Assembly: GCA_040954595.2 (NCBI GenBank)
Contig: CM082588.2
Location: forward strand, 310,001 to 374,000
Direction of reading: 5' to 3'
DNA length: 64,000 nucleotides
Origin: Balanoglossus misakiensis
Lineage: Eukaryota; Animalia; Hemichordata
Positions within the stretch are counted from its first letter, which is position 1, and the number at the start of each line of letters is the position of its first letter. A program made the position numbers and the translations under genes. This document shows positions 1 to 12,800 of this stretch, in pieces. The notes under the pieces were generated by a model. It made no database searches. It was given only the letters and a program-made list of their open reading frames with translations, and was not told the origin of the DNA.

Positions 1-3000
1 ACTAGATTGTAATCACATAATTAATACTACATTAGTAAGAATTATAATACTGCCAAATGAATACCAGATGTGATAAACTAAAATTTAAATTGTAATTGCA
101 TAATTACTGCTATATGATTAATAGGATTTATAATACATAATAACTGACAGAATTAAAATGACGCCTCTGCTTCGGACTGGGTTGTGTCCTAGTGACGCCT
201 CTGCTTCGGACTGGGTTGTGTCCTAGTGACGCCTCTGCTTCGGACAGGGTTGTGTCCTAGTGTATAATAATAAATTTTACTAGATTGTAATCACATAATT
301 AATACTACATTAGTAAAGAATTATAATACTGCCAAGTGAATACCAGATGTGATAAACTAAAATTTAAATTGTAATTGCATAATTACTGCTATATGATTAA
401 TAGGATTTATAATACATAATAACTGACAGAATTAAAATGACGCCTCTGCTTCGGACTGGGTTGTGTCCTAGTGACGCCCCTGCTTCGGACTGGGTTGTGT
501 CCTAGTGTACGCCCCTGCTTCGGACAGGGTTGTGTCCTAGTGTACGCCCCTGCTTCGGACTGGGTTGTGTCCTAGTGTACGCCCCTGCTTCGGACAGGGT
601 TGTGTCCTAGTGTACGCCCCTGCTTCGGACAGGGTTGTGTCCTAGTGACGCCTCTGCATCGGACAGGGTTGTGTCCTAGTGTATAATAATAAATTTTACT
701 AGATTGTAATCACATAATTAATACTACATTAGTAAGAATTATAATACTGCCAAATGAATACCAGATGTGATAAACTAAAATTTAAATTGTAATTGCATAA
801 TTACTGCTATATGATTAATAGGATTTATAATACATAATAACTGACAGAATTAAAATGACGCCTCTGCTTCGGACTGGGTTGTGTCCTAGTGACGCCCCTG
901 CTTCGGACAGGGTTGTGTCCTAGTGACGCCTCTGCTTCGGACAGGGTTGTGTCCTAGTGACGCCCCTGCTTCGGACTGGGTTGTGTCCTAGTGTACGCCC
1001 CTGCTTCGGACAGGGTTGTGTCCTAGTGACGCCTCTGCTTCGGACTGGGTTGTGTCCTAGTGACGCCTCTGCTTCGGACAGGGTTGTGTCCTAGTGACGC
1101 CCCTGCTTCGGACTGGGTTGTGTCCTAGTGTACGCCCCTGCTTCGGACTGGGTTGTGTCCTAGTGTACGCCCCTGCTTCGGACTGGGTTGTGTCCTAGTG
1201 TACGCCCCTGCTTCGGACAGGGTTGTGTCCTAGTGACGCCTCTGCATCGGACAGGGTTGTGTCCTAGTGACGCCTCTGCTTCGGACAGGGTTGTGTCCTA
1301 GTGACGCCCCTGCTTCGGACTGGGTTGTGTCCTAGTGTACGCCCCTGCTTCGGACAGGGTTGTGTCCTAGTGACGCCTCTGCTTCGGACAGGGTTGTGTC
1401 CTAGTGACGCCTCTGCTTCGGACAGGGTTGTGTCCTAGTGACGCCCCTGCTTCGGACTGGGTTGTGTCCTAGTGTACGCCCCTGCTTCGGACTGGGTTGT
1501 GTCCTAGTGTACGCCCCTGCTTCGGACAGGGTTGTGTCCTAGTGACGCCTCTGCATCGGACAGGGTTGTGTCCTAGTGTATAATAATAAATTTTACTAGA
1601 TTGTAATCACATAATTAATACTACATTAGTAAGAATTATAATACTGCCAAATGAATACCAGATGTGATAAACTAAAATTTAAATTGTAATTGCATAATTA
1701 CTGCTATATGATTAATAGGATTTATAATACATAATAACTGACAGAATTAAAGTGACGCCTCTGCTTCGGACTGGGTTGTGTCCTAGTGACGCCTCTGCTT
1801 CGGACTGGGTTGTGTCCTAGTGACGCCTCTGCTTCGGACTGGGTTGTGTCCTAGTGACGCCTCTGCTTCGGACAGGGTTGTGTCCTAGTGACGCCTCTGC
1901 TTCGGACAGGGTTGTGTCCTAGTGACGCCTCTGCTTCGGACTTGGTTGTGTCCTAGTGACGCCTCTGCTTCGGACAGGGTTGTGTCCTAGTGACGCCTCT
2001 GCTTCGGACTGGGTTGTGTCCTAGTGACGCCTCTGCTTCGGACTTGGTTGTGTCCTAGTGACGCCTCTGCTTCGGACTTGGTTGTGTCCTAGTGACGCCT
2101 CTGCATCGGACAGGGTTGTGTCCTAGTGACGCCTCTGCTTCGGACTGGGTTGTGTCCTAGTGACGCCCCTGCTTCGGACTGGGTTGTGTCCTAGTGACGC
2201 CTCTGCTTCGGACAGGGTTGTGTCCTAGTGACGCCTCTGCTTCGGACTGGGTTGTGTCCTAGTGACGCCTCTGCTTCGGACTGGGTTGTGTCCTAGTGAC
2301 GCCTCTGCTTCGGACTGGGTTGTGTCCTAGTGTACGCCCCTGCTTAATAATAAATTTTACTAGATTGTAATCACATAATTAATACTACATTAGTAAAGAA
2401 TTATAATACTGCCAAGTGAATACCAGATGTGATAAACTAAAATTTAAATTGTAATTGCATAATTACTGCTATATGATTAATAGGATTTATAATACATAAT
2501 AACTGACAGAATTAAAGTGACGCCTCTGCTTCGGACAGGGTTGTGTCCTAGTGACGCCTCTGCTTCGGACTTGGTTGTGTCCTAGTGACGCCTCTGCTTC
2601 GGACTGGGTTGTGTCCTAGTGACGCCTCTGCTTCGGACTGGGTTGTGTCCTAGTGACGCCTCTGCTTCGGACAGGGTTGTGTCCTAGTGACGCCCCTGCT
2701 TCGGACAGGGTTGTGTCCTAGTGACGCCTCTGCTTCGGACTGGGTTGTGTCCTAGTGACGCCTCTGCTTCGGACAGGGTTGTGTCCTAGTGACGCCTCTG
2801 CTTCGGACTGGGTTGTGTCCTAGTGACGCCTCTGCTTCGGACAGGGTTGTGTCCTAGTGACGCCCCTGCTTCGGACAGGGTTGTGTCCTAGTGACGCCCC
2901 TGCTTCGGACTGGGTTGTGTCCTAGTGACGCCTCTGCTTCGGACAGGGTTGTGTCCTAGTGACGCCTCTGCTTCGGACTGGGTTGTGTCCTAGTGACGCC

Positions 3001-3236
3001 TCTGCTTCGGACTGGGTTGTGTCCTAGTGACGCCCCTGCATCGGACAGGGTTGTGTCCTAGTGTATAATAATAAATTTTACTAGATTGTAATCACATAAT
3101 TAATACTACATTAGTAAGAATTATAATACTGCCAAGTGAATACCAGATGTGATAAACTAAAATTTAAATTGTAATTGCATAATTACTGCTATATGATTAA
3201 TAGGATTTATAATACATAATAACTGACAGAATTAAA
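1..3236. repeat. Composite satellite: AT-rich ~175-bp unit alternating with arrays of a 34/35-bp GC-richer unit
   Basis: The AT-rich unit (ACTAGATTGTAATCACATAATT...GACAGAATTAAA) occurs at ~1 (partial), 261, 681, 1577, 2346 and 3062. Between copies lie arrays of TGACGCCYCTGCTTCGGACWGGGTTGTGTCCTAG (35-bp variant starts TGTACG), roughly 3, 7, 21, 17 and 16 copies. The array probably continues left of the window. Confidence 0.97.
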
Positions 3237-3871
3237 TAGAAGATGCGTTTTAGTTGAAGCATTAATTTGTGAAATGACAACTTTGTGAAATTTTGTCTCT
3301 AGTGGTCTTGGTGGTGCACGGTTATCTTGATTGATGTGTGTAGTTTGGATGTTGACTTTTGCAGACAGAGGTATTTGTTGGTGATGGTACAATTGGGCAG
3401 TGATCATTGTGTTTTTCAGGATTTAAGGATTTAAATTGTCAGATGTTTTTAGATTGGTGGATACATTATCTGTTTGAATTGATGGTTGTTAATACAGTGG
3501 TGATATAGTCAAGGCAATCGAGAGATGACTGTGTAGGTGATGGTGATCAGTATTTTCCATGAAATTCTCTTCCAATATCCCAACAGATGATGTAACATAT
3601 TATTTCTTCTTCATTTCAGGTACTAATTAAAGTTTGGTAAAGTAAAGCAGAGGGGGTTTGTAAAACACAATGCATACTTAACAGTTCCTTGTAAGTTATT
3701 ACAGATTGCAGATTTCTTTGGCTTGGATGATGTACATGTACGGGTTTCCAGGTAAAGATGTGAAAAGTGGTACTCGCCAGGTAAAGTGTTGAATCGTTAA
3801 AGCAAAGTTCAGCATTTCATACAGAGCTGATGGATTCAAAGATTCAGTATCCAAAAAATACTGACCAAGAG

Positions 3872-6803
3872 TGGTAATGGGAAACAACTAGACTGGATAT
3901 GGTTCCCACTGCACTGGAAAACAGCTAGACTGGTAATGGAAAGCAACTAGACTGGATATGGTTCCCACTGCACTGGAAAACAGCTAGACTGGTAATGGAA
4001 AACAACTAGACTCGATATGGTTCCCACTGCACTGGAAAACAGCTAGACTGGTAATGGAAAACAACTAGACTGGATATGGTTCCCACTGCACTGGAAAACA
4101 GCTAGACTGGTAATGGAAAACATCAAGACTGGATATGGTTCCCACTGCACTGGAAATCAACTAGACTGGTAATGGAAAACAACTAGACTGGATATGGTTC
4201 CCACTGCACTGGAAAACAGCTAGACTGGTAATGGAAAACAACTAGACTGGATATGGTTCCCACTGCATTGGAAAACAGCTAGACTGGTAATGAAAAAGAA
4301 CTAGACTGGATATGGTTCCCACTGCATTGGAAAACTAGACTGGATATGCATGGTTCCCACCGCACTGGAAAACAGCTAGACTGGTAATGGAAAACAACTA
4401 GACTGGATATGGTTCCCACTGCATTGGAAAACAGCTAGACTGGTAATGAAAAAGAACTAGACTGGATATGGTTCCCACTGCACTGGAAAACAGCTAGACT
4501 GGTAATGGAAAACAACTAGACTGGATATGGTTCCCACTGCACTGGAAAACAGCTAGACTGGTAATGGAAAACAACTAGACTGGATATGGTTCCCACTGCA
4601 CTGGAAAACAGCTAGACTGGTAATGGAAAACAACTAGACTGGATATGGTTCCCACTGCACTGGAAAACAGCTAGACTGGTAATGGAAAACAACTAGACTG
4701 GATATGGTTCCCACTGCACTGGAAAACAGCTAGACTGGTAATGGAAAACAACTAGACTGGATATGGTTCCCACTGCACTGGAAAACAGCTAGACTGGTAA
4801 TGGAAAACATCAAGACTGGATATGGTTCCCACTGCACTGGAAATCAACTAGACTGGTAATGGAAAACAACTAGACTCGATATGGTTCCCACTGCACTGGA
4901 AAACAGCTAGACTGGTAATGGAAAACAACTAGACTGGATATGGTTCCCACTGCACTGGAAAACAGCTAGACTGGTAATGGAAAACAACTAGACTGGATAT
5001 AGTTCCCACTGCATTGGAAAACAAGACTGGATATGGTTCCCACTGCACTGGAAAACAGCTAGACTGGTAATGGAAAACAACTAGACTGGTTATGGTTCCC
5101 ACTGCATTGGAAAACTAGACTGGATATGGTTCCCACTGCACTGGAAAACAGCTAGACTGGTAATGGAAAACAGCTAGACTGGTAATGGAAAACAACTAGA
5201 CTGGATATGGTTCCCACTGCATTGGAAAACAGCTAGACTGGTAATGGAAAACATCAAGACTGGATATGGTTCCCACTGCACTGGAAAACAGCTAGACTGG
5301 TAATGGAAAACAACTTGACTGGATATGGTTCCCACTGCACTGGAAAACAGCTAGACTGGTAATGGAAAACAACTAGACTGGATATGGTTCCCACTGCACT
5401 GGAAAACAGCTAGACTGGTAATGAAAAACAACTAGACTGGATATGGTTCCCACTGCACTGGAAAACAGCTAGACTGGTAATGGAAAACAACTAGACTGGA
5501 TATGGTGCTAGACTGGTAATGGAAAACAACTAGACTGGATATGGTTCCCACTGCACTGGAAAACAGCTAGACTGGTAATGGAAAACAACTAGACTGGATA
5601 TGGTTCCCACTGCACTGGAAAACAGCTAGACTGGTAATGAAAAACAACTAGACTGGATATGGTTCCCACTGCACTGGAAAACAGCTAGACTGGTAATGGA
5701 AAACATCAAGACTGGATATGGTTCCCACTGCACTGGAAATCAACTAGACTGGTAATGGAAAACAACTAGACTCGATATGGTTCCCACTGCACTGGAAAAC
5801 AGCTAGACTGGTAATGGAAAAGAACAAGACTGCATATGGTGCCCACTTCACTGGAAAACAGCTAGACTGGTAATGGAAAAGAACAAGACTGCCTATGGTT
5901 CCCACTTCACTGGAAAACAGCTAGACTGGTAATGGAAAAAAACAAGACTGGATATGGTGCCCACTTCACTGGAAAACAGCTAGACTGGTAATGGAAAAGA
6001 ACAAGACTGCATATGGTGCCCACTTCACTGGAAAACAGCTAGACTGGTAATGGAAAAGAACAAGACTGCATATGGTGCCCACTTCACTGGAAAACAGCTA
6101 GACTGGTAATGGAAAAGAACAAGACTGCATATGGTGCCCACTTCACTGGAAAACAGCTAGACTGGTAATGGAAAAGAACAAGACTTGATATGGTGCCCAC
6201 TTCACTGGAAAACAGCTAGACTGGTAATGGAAAAGAACAAGACTGGATAGGGTCCCCACTTCACTGGAAAACAGCTAGACTGGTAATGGAAAAGAACAAG
6301 ACTGGATATGGTGCCCACTTCACTGGAAAACAGCTAGACTGGTAATGGAAAAGAACAAGACTGGATATGGTGCCCACTTCACTGGAAAACAGCTAGACTG
6401 GTAATGGTAAAGAACAAGACTGGATAGGGTCCCCATTTCACTGGAAAACAGCTAGACTGGTAATGGAAAAGAACAAGACTGGATATGGTGCCCACTCCAC
6501 TGGAAAACAGCTAGACTGGTAATGGAAAACAGCAAGACTGGATATGGTCCCCACTTCACTGGAAAACAGCTAGACTGGTAATGGAAAACAGCAAGACTGG
6601 ATAGGGTCCCCACTTCACTGGAAAACAGCTAGACTGGTAATGGAAAAGAACAAGACTGGATATGGTGCCCACTCCACTGGAAAACAGCTAGACTGGTAAT
6701 GGAAAAGAACAAGACTGGATATGGTTCTCACTGCACTGGAAAATCAGAGCTAGACTGGTAATGGAAAACAACTAGACTGGATATGGTTCTCACTGGAAAA
6801 CAG
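3872..6803. repeat. 59-bp tandem satellite, about 49 copies
   Basis: Unit GGTAATGGAAAACAACTAGACTGGATATGGTTCCCACTGCACTGGAAAACAGCTAGACT, with the internal sub-repeat TGGAAAACARCTAGACTGG twice per unit. A second sequence variant dominates after ~5820. Confidence 0.97.
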
Positions 6804-7560
6804 ATAAAGATGGAAAACCGGTAAAGATGTGAAAAGTGGTACTCAATAGGTAAAGTGTCGAATATAATAAAGCAGAGATAATACTGAACACAAGTGTTGT
6901 TAATTTTGTCTCTTTCAATGCATGCTTAACAGTTCCTTGTAAGTTATTACAGGTTGAAGATTTCTGTGGCTTGGATGATGTGCTTTGGTTGATACAGCCC
7001 AAGAAGAACCCAGAAGATTGCAGTTACTGTTAATGATGAACATTTTATTGTCAGTTTTAATTATTGTATTTTGTAGTGTAACAGTAGATTGTAATGTCAA
7101 AGAGAGAGCAAGTTAATATTTTACAATTATAGACAAATTTACTAATTTTTACTGTATCACAAATGACTTCAAAATTTTACTCAAAAGTAAGCGATTTCTT
7201 TTTTATTCAAGCACAAAGCAAATTGATGTCAAGTCCAACTTGTCCAACTTTTGGCAGAATGATGCCTATTTAATGTCGTATGGGGATTTTTATTTATTGA
7301 CATGCACATCAAATTTTCAGTGATCAGCCATTCTGAAGATCAATGGATTTCCCACATAGCTCATTTAAATGCGGCCGCAGCGTTCATGCTTTAACTCCAT
7401 AACTTGTGGGTCCAGTGATCTTCGGATTTACCATTTCAGCCTAATTATAAGCGTAACCACTAACATAGTAACTTGCGCGTAACAACTAACATTAATATTT
7501 TAGGCTCAATGGTAATGGCGTAGCTGAAGGGATATGGGCAATTTGAAAACTTTATAAAGT

Positions 7561-7896
7561 CAAAATGTATTCAATTACAAAGTTGGACAACCATGTTTAA
7601 ACTTAATGTAATTTATTCAAATTGATCAAAATTGGATTGAATTGTTTTATATACAAAGTTTGACAACCATGTTTAAACTTAATGTAATTTATTCAAATTG
7701 ATCAAAATTGGATTGAATTTTTTAAGACAAAATGTATACAATTACAAAGTTGGACAATCACGTTTAAACTTAATGTAATTTATTCAAATTGATCAAAATT
7801 GGATTGAATTGTTTAAGACAAAATGTATACAATTACAAAGTTGGACGACCATGTTTAAACTTAATGTAATTTACTCAAATTGACCAAAATTGGATT
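7561..7896. repeat. AT-rich ~91-bp tandem repeat, 4 copies
   Basis: TACAAAGTT(G/T)GAC...AAATTGGATT recurs at ~7576, 7652, 7743 and 7834 (periods 76, 91, 91). Confidence 0.9.
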
Positions 7897-8394
7897 AGAC
7901 TTGCTCTCTCAAGACCTGATAGGTGTGAGTTGATTTAGCTTCCATACATGTATCTCTCTCTCTATTGCTTATGAATGCATGCTATTTCCATTTTCTAGCT
8001 TTCTGGAATGGCATGCATACATTGCATCTTCACTCTTGCATATAATTGATTGTATCAATGATACAATCAATTATCCTCTTTCCTCTCTCTATCCCCTTCT
8101 CTCTTCGAAAGCTGGGAGCAGTATTGGAAATCACTACATTTTCAAAATGTTTTCAATTTGGATACTTCTGTTTGTTTAAGCGACAACAGAAAGGTTGTCT
8201 AAACTGCTGCTGACAAAGCAACCCCAAAACTTGTAAAAATTAAAACTAAAAATTTGCAATGAATTCTGCTCATGGTTCCGTGACAATGTCTTTGCCCTAA
8301 TGCTATTTTAATTGATCAAATGGCATTTGCTTCTGCAAATAAATTGCTGTGGAAATCAAAATGAAATTCAAGACATTGAATATACTGTCACTGG

Positions 8395-8410
8395 ACCGCT
8401 AGGGGGCGCA
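8395..8410 (+). promoter_or_regulatory. Candidate CTCF-binding motif
   Basis: ACCGCTAGGGGGCGCA closely matches the CTCF core consensus CC(A/G)(C/G)(C/T)AG(A/G)(G/T)GGC(A/G)C. Motif match only. Confidence 0.4.
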
Positions 8411-8586
8411 GCTATTGTAAGCTGTGGATGTCTCAATAAAACCGAGACACATTGCACCAATTATGTCTTATTCAGTTGCCGATTGCTCCTGTGACTTAGA
8501 AAAGAGAGCTATACTACTCATTGAAACAAGCTTTTCTAAGTCATAGAAGTAAGATGTTAGTTTGAGGCTAACACAACCTCTGAGAG

Positions 8587-8610
8587 CACACACACACACA
8601 CACACACACA
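8587..8610. repeat. (CA)12 microsatellite
   Basis: Directly visible dinucleotide run. Confidence 0.95.
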
Positions 8611-9552
8611 TCAATCCTTTGTGACATATATGTTGAATTTATCAAGATAATTTTATTTACATTTCATATATTACATTTATAGCTAAACCTTTTCCTCTAT
8701 CCATGCTAATTGCTATAGTTTTCAAAGGTTCAATTAACAAAGTTGTTATTACTCAACATCAAATCCACGTTCACCCCCTTTACATCATTGAAGTCACATT
8801 CCCATAAAACCTGCACAATGGTTTAAGTTTTTATGTGTATTTTACCAGATGACACAGGGTTTAAAATTTATGTATATATCACGTGATACTCAGTCGCTGT
8901 TTCTGGTGTAAAGTTCTTGTTCTTATTCAGTAAAATTCAAACTGGGTGAAGGGGAAACTATTTTCTCTGCTGTCTGTGGCAATGTGTTTATAATCACTGT
9001 TTTAAAAAATACAGACAAATGAAGAAGATTTATTCGCCGTTGGGGGCGCTGTTGTCGATTCAAAGCTTGTCCGTATCTCAGTCCATCAGATCTAAAATTA
9101 TAACATAAAGAACCGACACACGGGTCAACTTCAACTGTTGAAAACCTGATGGAAAACACAAACCTTGCTACCATAGCCTTATGAATAATTGTTCCTCATA
9201 GATTTAGTAAGCTCATATCCTGATTACGCGTGGTGTGTTTATAGTCTCAATAAAATGTCGCTCAAGAAGAATGCAACCGTACTCTCTTAACTTAATAATA
9301 TGGTGACCTGTGGGATATACTTCGGCAAAGGTCATTGAGTTTTGAATGTATGTTGACATTATAACGCAAATCTAGACAAATTGCTTGCGTCACAGGCGCC
9401 TGTGGTACAGTGTTGTAAATTTACAAATGTCGCACGGACGGATGAAAGTTCTCAACATTGTGCGTCACTGAGAACTCGCTCACTTCCGATCGCTGTCAGT
9501 AAATGGCTAGACCCCTCCCCTATCGGATTGCTTTGTCACGCATATATGCTCT

Positions 9553-9559
9553 ATAAAAG
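9553..9559 (+). promoter_or_regulatory. Probable TATA box of the astacin gene
   Basis: TATAAAA about 265 nt upstream of the signal-peptide ATG at 9818. Confidence 0.5.
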
Positions 9560-9817
9560 CGTCTTACGAGCCACTTCATGTGATAGAGTTAGATACGATT
9601 AGTAGCGCCGTGATTGGGTAACGTCGACCCTTCAAGAAGTGTCATAGGCCAAATACTGAAAGCGCATTTGTATTGTTAAATCTGGAGTGCTGCTTCAAAG
9701 ACACCAGGGCATAGTTGAGTTTTAAATCAAGACTAGTCACCCGTGACGACTAAACGAGCTCAACGTCTCGCTCGCCGGCCGAATTCACACTCTTCCTCAA
9801 GGCCTGCGCCCCAAACC

Positions 9818-12800
9818 ATGATCTTGTATCACGTTCTGGTATTGGAACTGGCTTTCCTGAGTCTTCTTTACGCCGGAGTCAGCCCACAGTTCCCACCAGG
9901 AGGCAATGTCCTGCATCCATGGCAGGTAAACTTAGGTAAGAACCTTGCAAACACTTGCCAATGAAAAAGCAAGTTCCAAGTTTACTTTGGAGAGAAATTT
10001 ATGATCTTTGGCAAGGCCATTGATTTCACACGGTGAACCATTTCCACTACAGTGCTTATCAAATGTTCAGTTTAACCCCATTATCAAACATTTTATACAA
10101 CATAGAAAAAGGCCTATAAATTCTCCCTCTTTGTTTGGATTTATCTGTCTATATGTAGAGATAATGTTATGCTTTCATCCAAAAGAAATCTACTGTATTA
10201 TATGCTGCAGTCAAACTACATGTACTAAATCGTACACAACGCACATGTACACAAGGCCAAATATAAATCACCTTTCTGCGAATTGCACATTATGTTGAAT
10301 TTGGTCACGATGATAGATGAACGGGAAAGAACCTGTTTCGTTGTGAATAAGTTTGACAGTTTTACTTGGTACCAAGTTATAACTAACAAACTGAACGTCC
10401 GCCCTAAATATCCATGAAGGAAAATAACCATGAAAACACCCCGACCAGTAGACAAGGCTATAGTTATTGTTCAGTGTCCGGTTCTGTGGTATCGGCCGTG
10501 ATGCGGTCGGAAATAACCCCGAGCTCGGATGAAAAACGAGGGTCATGTATTTTCACTGTGCCCAATAAATATTCTTGTTTCCTCAAGTCTCCCACCCAGT
10601 CAGGGACGCCAAACTCCGTGTAGCCCTGTACTCAAAAAACGTGCATTGTGGACTTGCGCGTGTTTTGCAATGTTATGCATGATCTGTACAATCTGTCGTA
10701 GTTGGCTGTGCCCTATACCGGGCGAAGACATTGGAGAATTTGTAAGATGAAGGTGTACGTTGCTATGTACCTGACTGACAGGGTACTAGTATTTCAAAAA
10801 TCCTTCACCGTGGGCTGTTTCCGTCGAACTCATATGACATGTAAAAGTAATGGTCGGAAGTCAAGCTTATTTCGGGAGTTGTTGGAATTCAAACACCTTC
10901 GGTAAATGAAGAGAACAATGCGAATACATTGGGTGTAAAACTACACAAGTAGGTTAGAATTTCATTGACGTATTTATCTACGTTCAGACAGTGACCACAA
11001 CTTCCCTCGACACGTGACTGATGCCGTCATAACTACAGTTAATGACTGCGGAAATTGACGAGAACAAAAACTGAACATTCTTGTGGTTTAACTTGTTAAT
11101 AAAACCACGACGGTCAACAAAAGGCGAGATGTTTTCAGATTCCAGCCCGGTTTTCAAGTTACATCCGTCAACAACAAGCATTTCAAAATTCCATTGCTTG
11201 CAAAGATCGACTTCACATCCCCATCTAGTGGTATTCAATTCAAGTCTCCCTTATTAGAATACCAGTAAGAAAAGCTGGATTACTCGTGAAGGTTTTTGGT
11301 TGCTCTTTTTTATCATTGAAATTGGCCCAGCTGTATTACAGACAAAGACATGCAGTCTTAATTGTCTCGGATTTCAATTATGTCGCCGAAGAAAAGGTCT
11401 AAACAGCTGTTAAATTCGCGGCCTTCAATTGCCTCTATTCTCATTACTTAAAAGTTAGTGACGCCGATTAGTTTGTTTACGTCAGAGTGAGTCCATCAAC
11501 ACGATTCACCCCTGCATAATTTATGTTGATCAGAAGTGTTTCCCTGCATCCTACAGACATGTCGAGTCGTATCTTCAATTCGTCTTTTAATTACAGGTGC
11601 GTGCCCCAAGTTCCTTGAGAGGGAGGGAATGTGTCCGAAGAGGAAGAAGGGCGGACCACAGCGTGATGGTAATAAACTCTCCCTCCCCCATATGCTTTGT
11701 CAATGCGTTACTGTAACGATTAATAAACACCAGAATTACAACAACTGTGTTTTTAACTAAACTTTGCGTCAGCAGTAACGTACAGCATTCAAGGAAAGCC
11801 CACTTTCCTTCTCTGCATTGGCACTTACAATTAACTCTCGCGGCGTTTGCTTTGTTTTAACTACCTAGCCTCTTATCACATGTCGGCTTCGAAGAAGAAT
11901 TTTCCCGTGCTCAGCTCTGATATTGATAATCATCTAGGTTTGAATCGCACGTTTGTTCTCAGAAATATTGGATCGTTATCGTCTGAACTGCCATTTAACT
12001 GTCAGGATTGCATGCGACAAAAGAAACTCAAATCTTTATTTGATTGTAAAGGCATGAAGCTTGTTTGATAACTTAAAATGCCCACTTGTTTCAAATGCCA
12101 TGTAGTAATTAAAAGTGTAAAACTCTTATTCTTTGACTTTAAAATTTGATTTCACGTTTACTTAATCGTATCTTATATGCGTGTCATGCTTTTGAATTCT
12201 TCAGTTGAGACACAACCAACACTTGCAGTAAATGTGCTGTTTTCTGCCACATGAAAGAATCTTTTGTTCTAATCTGGTGAACACAACTAACTGTAGACGT
12301 AGAATGCCATGTCCGTACGTTTTCCTGCTTTAATTATGCAACTTCTCCACTTTCTTTTTGGTTTCACGAATGGACGAATCATATATCTGTAGATACTTTC
12401 TACTTTCTGTTGTAACTTTTGTCACCAAATTTTGCAACGGCATGCTCGACGACAGCCAAATTTAAACATGAAAAACGAAACGAAAATAGTGCGAGATGAA
12501 TTTCATTTTGATGGCATTCTACAGCTGCGATTGGTCGCTCTTCTTCAGGAGTTGTATCCATTCCACTGAAGTACGAATCGCCTTTCTTCGAGGGAGACAT
12601 CATCATGACCAGAGCCAAGATGGCGGCTTTGAAAAGCGGCAGTAAACGAGCTCGAAGGGCCATTGCCAGAGACGGCAAACTCTTGTGGAAGGAGAAGACA
12701 GTTCCTTATCTAATCCACCGTGATATGAGTAAGTCTCATCGCCTACGACAGTGTATTTCAAGTCAACATACTTTTGTTGCGAGTGGAACAAGAAACTCTC

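Noticed and set aside
159-3061. CRISPR-like appearance of the 34/35-bp partly palindromic repeats
   Set aside because: The repeats abut with no unique spacers, the intervening AT-rich blocks are nearly identical to each other, no cas genes are present, and the context is eukaryotic.
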